Virus record (IMG/VR): IMGVR_UViG_3300042691_036629
Location: 117,500 to 171,766 of that record
Direction: 5' to 3' (one strand)
DNA: 54,267 nucleotides
From: a virus
Lineage: Duplodnaviria > Heunggongvirae > Uroviricota > Caudoviricetes
Below are positions 45,379 through 52,124 of this stretch, one piece after another (position 1 is the stretch's first letter; every line of letters begins with the position of its first letter). The translations under genes and the position numbers were made by a program. The notes beneath the pieces were generated by a model. That model ran no database searches. It was not told where the DNA came from and saw nothing but the letters and a program-made list of their open reading frames with translations.

Positions 45379-45790
45379 TTAAAATTTGTTCTAATTTAAT
45401 ATCTCTTTTGGTTGCTTCATCAGCAATCAGTTTAAGTTCTTTAATATCAACCCATTGACCATTCAAAAAATCAATTATACCATTTCTATTTGATTTATCT
45501 CTTACATAATTATCCGTACCTGATATATCTTCAACTTTGACTTTAGCTTTTGTATCAGAAACATTCAAAAGTGATACTTCATAATAAACAGTGAACGTAT
45601 TACCTGATGAATTTTCTTTCAAATCTAAAATATGAAGACATTTATCACCAATTCCTAATTTATAAACATCTTTCTTAACTTTAGATTTCAACCTTTCTAT
45701 TTCAACATTCTTACTCTTTACTTTAATTAAAAGTAAAATTGTTGATGATATTGTAAATATAAATCCTGTTATAGCAAATGCGAAACTCAT
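45371..45790 (-). CDS. C-tag membrane-anchored protein, paralogue of 6294..6743
   Basis: TM helix; YEVSLLNVS..AKV...IIDFLNGQWVD; ends RDIKLEQILNG. Confidence 0.8.
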   Translation of the reverse strand: MSFAFAITGFIFTISSTILLLIKVKSKNVEIERLKSKVKKDVYKLGIGDKCLHILDLKENSSGNTFTVYYEVSLLNVSDTKAKVKVEDISGTDNYVRDKSNRNGIIDFLNGQWVDIKELKLIADEATKRDIKLEQILNG

Positions 45791-45792
45791 AA

Positions 45793-46032
45793 TTATTTTT
45801 TAGACATTAACTTAATATTATCGGTTGTTGCTTCCATCATTTCATGAATTGCTTGATGATAAGCAATAAACGCTTTATGAAACTTTAGATTGTTCTCCAT
45901 AATTTTAGAGTTATTCTCCATCATTTCTGTCGCATTTTTAGTTAAATTGTTGAATAGATCAACTGGATTTGTGAACTTTTGATCATTAAAAGCTTTTTGC
46001 CACATATCCATCATTTCTTTAAATTGTTCCAT
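45793..46032 (-). CDS. Helical Met-rich hypothetical protein
   Basis: ORF coupled to neighbours. Confidence 0.65.
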   Translation of the reverse strand: MEQFKEMMDMWQKAFNDQKFTNPVDLFNNLTKNATEMMENNSKIMENNLKFHKAFIAYHQAIHEMMEATTDNIKLMSKK

Positions 46033-46231
46033 CTTGTAGTATATTTTCTATTTTTTTATTTCTTATTTCATATAAAGGTTTAAAACGCCACATAGGGTAA
46101 ATGTCATAAAAACTCATATCGTTTTTTATGACACTACCATGTTTAAAAGTATCAATTTGATCTAATGTGTATATCTTACCTATTGTTAGGTGACGTTCTA
46201 CTCCTTTATTATCAATACACAATAGTTTCAT
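46019..46231 (-). CDS. C-tag protein, KxIC family
   Basis: MKLLCID...LTIGKIY...ND; ends RNKKIENILQDGTI. Confidence 0.8.
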   Translation of the reverse strand: MKLLCIDNKGVERHLTIGKIYTLDQIDTFKHGSVIKNDMSFYDIYPMWRFKPLYEIRNKKIENILQDGTI

Positions 46232-46653
46232 TACTCTAAAACATCATTAATTCTTTCATTTCTGAAAGATTGTAAATCTATTTCAGTTTCAACATATTCA
46301 TAGAAACTAATAGTAACCATACTTGCGTATTCATTAGACTCTTCTTCATTAGCACTTGGATGTAACATATAATCTACATCTTCACGCCATCTTGTTTGGA
46401 TTTCACCATACTTCTCACGTAGTTTTCTATTGAATGCTAAAAATGTATCTTCATCAACACTTAAAACATCTTCCATGTCGTAGGCATAGTCTCGTAGAGA
46501 AACTTTTTTATATTCAGAAATATTAAGTTCCTTAACTTTATTTTTAGCACCTTCAAGGTCAAATGTAACTAATGATGGACTACCACCTTCTGAGTCAGAG
46601 TAAATCTCATCGTTGTACTCAAAACCCTTTTGTAAAATAACGTAACTTTTCAT
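46231..46653 (-). CDS. C-tag hypothetical protein
   Basis: Ends RNERINDVLE. Confidence 0.75.
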   Translation of the reverse strand: MKSYVILQKGFEYNDEIYSDSEGGSPSLVTFDLEGAKNKVKELNISEYKKVSLRDYAYDMEDVLSVDEDTFLAFNRKLREKYGEIQTRWREDVDYMLHPSANEEESNEYASMVTISFYEYVETEIDLQSFRNERINDVLE

Positions 46654-46654
46654 A

Positions 46655-46855
46655 TTATTTGTTTAATTCAGTAATTAATAAGTCTGCGAAATGAACTGCG
46701 CTTTTAGATAACTCGGAAACATCAATTTCATTACTTGATATTAATAAACCATTTAATATCTCTAATGCCATCTTTTCTCGTTTAGTCATTTCTGATGCTG
46801 GTCTACTTCCCATTTGCTCAATTCGCAATTTGTTGTTTTCTTCAATTGTACTCAT
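46655..46855 (-). CDS. Small phage protein (start re-called at ATG 46855)
   Basis: MTKRE.MA..ILNGLL...A...AD.L; ORF-track start overlaps the promoter box at 46888-46895. Confidence 0.7.
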   Translation of the reverse strand: MSTIEENNKLRIEQMGSRPASEMTKREKMALEILNGLLISSNEIDVSELSKSAVHFADLLITELNK

Positions 46856-46896
46856 GTTATTTAAAATATTTAATAAGTTTAATGTCACAAATATAA

Positions 46897-46927
46897 TAAA
46901 AAAGATCCATTTTTACAATGGATCTTT
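46897..46927 (-). terminator. Intrinsic terminator
   Basis: AAAGATCCATT-GTAAA-AATGGATCTTT followed by a T-run on - strand. Confidence 0.75.
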
Positions 46928-47117
46928 ACCAAAAACAATTACATCAACTTTATTTTGAATTTTTGAAAGTGGTGGTAAAATAACTTTATCAACAACCCAT
47001 CTCTCAATCATCATATTTGGATCTTTTCTAGCATTGTGCTTAAGTGGTAATTTATCAATCTTTTACCACCTTTTGACAAAGAAAAATAATAGTTTATATT
47101 TATACAAATATAATAAA

Positions 47118-47570
47118 TTATTTTCTGTTCTGTTGTAAAAACTTTAAGTAATTTTCATTTCTTATGTTTTTCATTTTAACTATTAGTTTGTCCCACTCTA
47201 ACATTAAAGATTCTGGTATCTCTATACCTTTCATCTCAAACTCTTTAAGTATTTCTTCTTTAGTGAAACTACATTCAACAATACCTTCAGTCCATTGTTT
47301 AACCCATAAACCCCAACCTTTTTTACCACTGATTACAGCTTTAAGTATATTAGGGTGTTTTGTTCTTGGATTTACAAACTTAAATCTACCGTTGTCATAT
47401 TCTCTAAACGCAAACTTAGCTTCAGAACCGTTTTTGACGTAATCTACTTCGAAATTAGAACCACAAAAAGTTATTAAACCAGTTCTATAAATTTTGAAAT
47501 AAAACTCAAACATTTTATTAAAATTATCTGAGTATTTTTTTAATTTTCTATCGTTTCTAGAACCTACCAC
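47118..47570 (-). CDS. Hypothetical protein; probable true start ATG 47620 is displaced by a 1-nt frameshift
   Basis: Adding one A at 47615-47617 gives MKRVGGDKLTRIKKSLEVVGSRN... Confidence 0.7.
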   Translation of the reverse strand: MVGSRNDRKLKKYSDNFNKMFEFYFKIYRTGLITFCGSNFEVDYVKNGSEAKFAFREYDNGRFKFVNPRTKHPNILKAVISGKKGWGLWVKQWTEGIVECSFTKEEILKEFEMKGIEIPESLMLEWDKLIVKMKNIRNENYLKFLQQNRK

Positions 47571-47640
47571 TTCCAGTGATTTTTTTATTCTAGTTAGCTT
47601 ATCGCCTCCAACTCTTTCATATAATTTATTTTATTTTTAG

Positions 47641-47714
47641 TGGAGAATACCGGAATCGAACCGGTCACCTCTTGTCTGCCAGACAAGCGCTCTAGCCAAA
47701 TGAGCTAATTCCCC
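47641..47714 (-). tRNA. tRNA-Ala(GGC)
   Basis: Full cloverleaf; G3:U70; loop CT-GGC-AG; CCA not encoded. Confidence 0.95.
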
Positions 47715-47718
47715 AATT

Positions 47719-47862
47719 AAGTAGAGAAATTTAGATGAGTGTGTTTTTACTATGCTATCCATTACACCACCACCGCATTATTTTTATTTGAGCGGTGACC
47801 AGGACTCGAACCTGGATCAGTCGTTTGAAATACGAAGTAACACTCGTTCTTTACTACTACTT
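47719..47862 (-). ncRNA. Circularly permuted tRNA-like RNA without an anticodon loop
   Basis: 3' half (T-arm CCAGG-TTCGAGT-CCTGG, TCACCGC+T; 47791-47845) precedes a 14-nt spacer and the 5' half (GCGGTGG, D-arm; from 47776); the outer ends pair with each other. Confidence 0.75.
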
Positions 47863-47864
47863 TG

Positions 47865-47936
47865 AGCGAGAAATGAGATTCGAACTCACGACACTCTGGT
47901 TGGTAACCAGATACTCTACCACTGAGCTATTCTCGC
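47865..47936 (-). tRNA. tRNA-Gly(ACC)
   Basis: GCGAGAA/TTCTCGC+T (Gly identity G1-C72, C2-G71, G3-C70, U73); TCTGG-TT-ACC-AA-CCAGA. Confidence 0.9.
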
Positions 47937-47947
47937 AATTACAAAAG

Positions 47948-48094
47948 TTAAACTTTCAACTTTTGTTTTCTTTTTCTTTTGATCATCTTCATTATGAATT
48001 TGAATACATGATCATTTGCATCCTTTCTTAATTTTACCTTTGATGATTCGAAACTTCCCGTTAATACTTCTTTACTTTTTTTCATTTGTTTCAT
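47948..48094 (-). CDS. 48-aa basic peptide between tRNAs (not in ORF track)
   Basis: MKQMKKSKEVLTGSF...KRKRKQKLKV. Confidence 0.5.
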   Translation of the reverse strand: MKQMKKSKEVLTGSFESSKVKLRKDANDHVFKFIMKMIKRKRKQKLKV

Positions 48095-48110
48095 ATTTTT
48101 ATTTTTTGTG

Positions 48111-48184
48111 TGGAGCTAGGGGTGTACGATACCCCATCTCCGCATTGCAAGTGCGGTATGTTAGCCAGTTGTCACCATAGCCCC
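48111..48184 (-). tRNA. tRNA-Ala(TGC), atypical T-loop
   Basis: GGGGCTA/TAGCTCC with G3:U70; CCGCA-CT-TGC-AA-TGCGG; T-loop ATCGTAC. Confidence 0.9.
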
Positions 48185-48229
48185 AAATTGAAGGAAGACT
48201 AACCTTCGTTGTAACTTAAAGTCTTTTTG

Positions 48230-48317
48230 AGCAGGTAGTGGGATTCGAACCCACGATGTGAACCTTATCTGACCGGATTGGAAATCCGGAGCCATCGACC
48301 AACTAGGCGACACCTGC
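48230..48317 (-). tRNA. tRNA-Gly(TCC) with long variable region
   Basis: GCAGGTG/TACCTGC+T; CCGGA-TT-TCC-AA-TCCGG; 18-nt variable region; 88 nt in total. Confidence 0.9.
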
Positions 48318-48854
48318 ATGTATTTCTCTATGACAATTAGAACAAACTAAAATACATTTATCTAATTCATTTTTTATTCTATCCCAAGAAAGATTATATT
48401 TCCCGGAGATTGTAAAATCTTTTTCACTCGGATTGGTATGATGAAAATCAAGTGCTTGAATACATTTATTATACCCACATAAAATACATTCACCACCTTT
48501 ATACTCAACCGATTTTATTTTTAACATTGTTCTTCTTTTCAATCTATAAATTTTAGAATTTTTTTTAGCTGCATCACTATCAACCCTCTTAATATCAGCA
48601 TGTTTAATTACTGTTGTTTCTGAAATTCCAAAATATATAGATGTTTCTTTTTTTGTGTGTGTTTTATAATATTCTTTTAATTGTAAAATTTCATCTTCAT
48701 TTAACTCTTTATATTTTTTTAATCCAATATCACTTAGTCCATTTTCCTTACACCATTTTGATACTATTGATTTTGAACATTTTAATATTTCACTTATTTT
48801 ATTTAAACTGAATCCATTTTTTCTCAATTCAATTATTTTACTTTCCAAACTCAT
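48303..48854 (-). mobile_element. Free-standing HNH homing endonuclease with N-terminal HTH
   Basis: CILCG...LDFHH...E..KC..VCSNCHREIH; last codons overlap the tRNA-Gly 5' end. Confidence 0.85.
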
Positions 48855-48910
48855 ATACTTTCCAATTCTTTCTTATATATATTAAAGTATATGGGTTCTC
48901 ACCCAAAATG

Positions 48911-48991
48911 TCGATAGGGTGGGATTCGAACCCACGTTTTCAACTTCCCGCTACGGATATTCAATGTATAAGATTGAACCGGTACCTATCG
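48911..48991 (-). ncRNA. D-armless tRNA-like RNA with CU-UAU-AC loop
   Basis: CGATAGG/CCTATCG+A; T-arm GTGGG-TTCGAAT-CCCAC; TTCAAT-CTTATAC-ATTGAA hairpin starts only 6 nt after the acceptor strand. Confidence 0.65.
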
Positions 48992-49061
48992 TTTTAATTC
49001 TTTTCGTGAATCACTCGGTGGATTTTGATAGACCAGTAGACCACTTACTACCTGTTTCTTA

Positions 49062-49376
49062 TTATAACTTTATAAATGTTTCACTCTTAATTGATTTACT
49101 AATCCATCTAGCTAATTCAGAACCTCTAATTTCAGCTTCAAATCTAGTTGTGCCTAAATCTTCTGATAAAATAACAGTTTCTACTTCATACATAGATAAA
49201 CCACTTTCATCATTAAATGTTGGTCCTTCTTGTGTTGTTGATATTGGGAATTGGTATAACTCACCAAATACTTCAACATTGTAATATAAATTACCAGCGA
49301 TATAGTGACTGAATCTTGCCATTGTTTTAGACTTCATTAAGTCTTTTTTTACTTCTACTTCATTAAACATAATCAT
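49062..49376 (-). CDS. Hypothetical protein in tRNA cluster
   Basis: 104 aa ORF. Confidence 0.75.
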   Translation of the reverse strand: MIMFNEVEVKKDLMKSKTMARFSHYIAGNLYYNVEVFGELYQFPISTTQEGPTFNDESGLSMYEVETVILSEDLGTTRFEAEIRGSELARWISKSIKSETFIKL

Positions 49377-49390
49377 TTATTTTTTATTTG

Positions 49391-49473
49391 TTGGAAGGGA
49401 GGGATTCGAACCCCCGTACCCGTTAGGGAGCGGATTTACAGTCCGCCGCATTTAACCACTCTGCCACCTTCCA
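49391..49473 (-). tRNA. tRNA-Tyr(GTA), class II, U1-A72
   Basis: TGGAAGG/CCTTCCA+A; GCGGA-CT-GTA-AA-TCCGC; long variable arm. Confidence 0.92.
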
Positions 49474-49487
49474 GTTTTTATTTCATT

Positions 49488-50114
49488 TTATTTTTTTAAT
49501 CTTCCCAATTCCCATCCTTCAGGGATTATCTCATTTTTTTTTATTTTTTTATTCTCATACCCATTTGTTATCCAACAAGTTCCAAATTGAGAATTATTCT
49601 CACCTTTTTGAATTTCACTCAACTTTTCACTTATCTTAATTTTAGATTCTTGTGAATGTTTTTTACCACTGAAACCTTTACTATTTAAATTATTTTTATT
49701 ACCTTTTAGTTTATTTGATATTTTTTTTATCCAATTATCTTTAAAATCAATATCTTTCCTTTTTTCATTTAGTCTATCATTACCAGCTTTAGAACATTTC
49801 ATTTGATGTTCCTCATCTTTAAATCCACCACTACCACCAACTCTCAAATTCATACAAAGAGTTTCATTTATTAGATTTGATGTAATAAGATCAATTTCCG
49901 CTTTTATCAGTTCATCTCTATTATCATAAAATTCCAATATTTCAATTTTAAAATTCTCTTTACCATACTTTCTTATTGAGTATCTTAATTTTTTACCAGA
50001 TCCCAAATATCCATCGTTTAAATTATTTGTACTGTGCATACCATAATAATAATTATGATTTATCAAATTTGTCGTTTTATACAAATAGTGATAACATTTA
50101 ATTTTTCTTGGCAT
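49488..50114 (-). mobile_element. Seg-like GIY-YIG homing endonuclease with NUMOD3-like motif
   Basis: YLYKTTNLIN..YYYGMH...YLGSG...E..LI...MN...GG; GKKHSQESKIKIS. Confidence 0.9.
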
Positions 50115-50170
50115 TTTTAAATTTTATTTTTATTTATATATTAAATATAATAGTACAAAAATGTCTAAAG

Positions 50171-50238
50171 TGGGAGACGTGAGACTCGAACTCACCTGCT
50201 AGGATTTTACAGATCCGGCCGTCACCATAACCCCTCCC
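50171..50238 (-). tRNA. Reduced tRNA-Tyr(GTA)-like gene (68 nt, possibly pseudo)
   Basis: GGAT-CT-GTA-AA-ATCC; T-arm GTGAG-TTCGAGT-CTCAC; shrunken D-arm; short variable loop; 7/66 mismatch. Confidence 0.6.
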
Positions 50239-50249
50239 AAGTATAAACT

Positions 50250-50281
50250 AAAAAACCCAACTGATTTTGTCAGTTGGGTTT
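50250..50281 (-). terminator. Attenuator-type intrinsic terminator ahead of the tRNA operon
   Basis: AAACCCAACTGA-CAAAA-TCAGTTGGGTTT, ending in a U6 run. Confidence 0.85.
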
Positions 50282-50306
50282 CATAATATTTTTTTATTAA
50301 AATATA

Positions 50307-50402
50307 TTATAATACACTTTTACTGACAATAGGTAATCTATACCCCGCCTCATAAGCCTCGTAGCCTCTCGCTTCTATTGATATGTTAACTATTGTTCTC
50401 AT
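50307..50402 (-). CDS. Putative 31-aa attenuator leader peptide (not in ORF track)
   Basis: MRTIVNISIEARGYEAYEAGYRLPIVSKSVL; lies between promoter and terminator; TTGTCAGT (50322-50329) is complementary to the terminator's ACTGACAA (50267-50274). Confidence 0.75.
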   Translation of the reverse strand: MRTIVNISIEARGYEAYEAGYRLPIVSKSVL

Positions 50403-50436
50403 TGTATATTTTTTTAATTGTTTTTATTTTACTCTA

Positions 50437-50467
50437 CAAAGATACGGAAGTTTTTTAAAACACCAAA
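50437..50467 (-). promoter_or_regulatory. Bacteroidota sigma-A-type promoter of the leader/tRNA operon
   Basis: TTTG-N19-TATCTTTG. Confidence 0.85.
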
Positions 50468-50487
50468 TCTTTTTATATTTTTTTTAG

Positions 50488-50561
50488 TAGCGGGAGCTGG
50501 ATTCGAACCAACGACCTCAAGGTTATGAGCCTTGCGAGCTACCAGACTGCTCTATCCCGCG
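50488..50561 (-). tRNA. Initiator tRNA-fMet(CAT)
   Basis: C1xU72 mismatch; CAAGG-CT-CAT-AA-CCTTG; full cloverleaf. Confidence 0.92.
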
Positions 50562-50665
50562 ATGTAAGTATATATATTAAAAAGTTTTTCTTCCTTTTTA
50601 ATTTTTATGATATTTTTTTGAAAAAGTTTAAAAAAACTTTATATTTTTTTATAAATATATACAAT

Positions 50666-50866
50666 ATGGATGATTTAGTAAGAAAAATTGGAGTTGAAAA
50701 GATAAAAGTTTTTGAAAAAGACCTTGATTACTTTATTGATTATTATAAAGATAAAGCTTTATCACAAGGATATAAAGGTGATTTAAAATTTAAAAAAGAG
50801 GGTCCAAATATTATTATATTTGTTAAACTTATTTATGAGGATAATAATTCTTCTGAATATAAATAG
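50666..50866 (+). CDS. Hypothetical protein (start re-called at ATG 50666)
   Basis: AAATATATA 4 nt before ATG; ORF-track extension is antisense to tRNA-fMet. Confidence 0.65.
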   Translation: MDDLVRKIGVEKIKVFEKDLDYFIDYYKDKALSQGYKGDLKFKKEGPNIIIFVKLIYEDNNSSEYK

Positions 50867-51071
50867 TTTCACCTAATCTATATTTATTCACACTAAAAAC
50901 AAATGTATCACCACAATCTGTTACTATTGTATATTTAGGTTTTACATCTAAAGTAGATCCGACTTCTTCTTCAATTTGAGTTACTACACATTCTTTAAAC
51001 TCAACTTTTGGTTTATTTGAATGATAACAACCACTTATAATTAAAGTTAATATAAATAATAAATGTTTCAT
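50829..51071 (-). CDS. Putative lipoprotein
   Basis: MKHLLFILTLIISG-C lipobox. Confidence 0.75.
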   Translation of the reverse strand: MKHLLFILTLIISGCYHSNKPKVEFKECVVTQIEEEVGSTLDVKPKYTIVTDCGDTFVFSVNKYRLGETIYIQKNYYPHK

Positions 51072-51074
51072 AAT

Positions 51075-51830
51075 TTATATATTTAAATTTAAAAATCTAT
51101 TAAATCTTTCTTTCGCTGTTAATCCTATTAATTTATTATCACTTTTCATATTTCTACTTTCCCAAATATGAACTGCCATCTCAGGTGAATTCTCATCAAT
51201 TTTTGGATTTGTTGATATATTATCTGAATCATAGTATGGATATAAATATCCAAATTTCATACCTATGTCTAAAAGATGCCAGAATAAAAAGTAGTATGGT
51301 TCTTTATCTTCTATAAAAGAATAAGGTCCAATAATTTTATGTGGATATTTAAAATTATCCTTGTACTCCTTTTTACATTTTATATCAGCAGTAACATTCC
51401 ATCCAACTAATCCTTGTTTTAGTTTTAACTTATATCTAAGATTAGACATATTGTATTTAATCTTATTTAAATTATCGACTTTTCCAAATAATAAGAATGG
51501 ATTTATTATTATTGGATTTGTGTTTCTAAGAGGATGATATCCATCTGGACAACCTATATAATCATAATTATCAAGAAGTGATAAAGTTTTTATTATTTCT
51601 TCTTTATTTGTTAAAAAACAATCTTCGTCTAATAGAATGAAATATTTTTCGTTTCTATCTTTTATCTCATTTATCCAATAAAACATAGAGTTTGGCCATT
51701 TTTGTATATCTCTCCCATCAATTAATATATGTTCAGATTCAGGAAACATATTTTTTATTATATTTCTTTGAACCTCTAAACACTCACTAAATAGTGTAGT
51801 AGTAACAAAAACTATATCTCTATCTTCCAT
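51075..51830 (-). CDS. Glycosyltransferase-like (GT-A) protein
   Basis: FVTT at N-terminus; YFILLDEDCF (DxD-like). Confidence 0.6.
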   Translation of the reverse strand: MEDRDIVFVTTTLFSECLEVQRNIIKNMFPESEHILIDGRDIQKWPNSMFYWINEIKDRNEKYFILLDEDCFLTNKEEIIKTLSLLDNYDYIGCPDGYHPLRNTNPIIINPFLLFGKVDNLNKIKYNMSNLRYKLKLKQGLVGWNVTADIKCKKEYKDNFKYPHKIIGPYSFIEDKEPYYFLFWHLLDIGMKFGYLYPYYDSDNISTNPKIDENSPEMAVHIWESRNMKSDNKLIGLTAKERFNRFLNLNI

Positions 51831-51925
51831 ATCTTTTTTATTTTTTTTCTTCTCTTCATTTGTAAAAAGTTAAGCTTCATAGTAAAACTATTTGGATATA
51901 ATGAAGCGAAGTCAAAATTTATCAT
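51812..51925 (-). CDS. 37-aa peptide with PolB motif-A-like sequence and variant C-tag (not in ORF track)
   Basis: MINFDFASLYPNSF...KRRKKIKKIWKIEI. Confidence 0.5.
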   Translation of the reverse strand: MINFDFASLYPNSFTMKLNFLQMKRRKKIKKIWKIEI

Positions 51926-51932
51926 TTTCCAT

Positions 51933-52124
51933 TTATCTTCCATATATCTTTTTAATTTTAATTTTACGATCGTGTGCTTTCATTAAAGATTTACTTGCCT
52001 TTAACCATCTTTCTATATAATCTTGATCACCAGACTCAAGATCAATATTAAAGTATTTTCCTGAATTACCATATGATGGTAACACTCTTATGCTATTATA
52101 TAAGTTTGGATCAAATGTTTTCAT
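51933..52124 (-). CDS. Hypothetical protein with variant C-tag
   Basis: Ends RKIKIKKIYGR. Confidence 0.65.
   Translation of the reverse strand: MKTFDPNLYNSIRVLPSYGNSGKYFNIDLESGDQDYIERWLKASKSLMKAHDRKIKIKKIYGR

Noticed and set aside
47791-47860. Linear degenerate tRNA-Glu(TTC), or a UCA suppressor, using GTAGTAG as the 5' acceptor strand
   Set aside because: GTAGTAG gives two mismatches against TCACCGC whereas the downstream GCGGTGG pairs 7/7; the UCA register has no stem. It remains the main alternative to the permuted model.
47719-47862. Two-piece (permuted) tmRNA
   Set aside because: No G3:U70 pair, discriminator is U rather than A, a D-stem is present, and only ~37 nt follow the D-arm, leaving no room for a tag reading frame or pseudoknots.
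49000-49060. D-arm-like hairpin GGTAG-TAAGTGGT-CTACT upstream of the D-armless RNA
   Set aside because: No matching acceptor strand or convincing anticodon arm; cannot be supported as a split tRNA half.
47795-50665. + strand ORFs 47795..48031, 48919..49284 and the 5' part of 50525..50866
   Set aside because: They are antisense readings of tRNA or tRNA-like genes.
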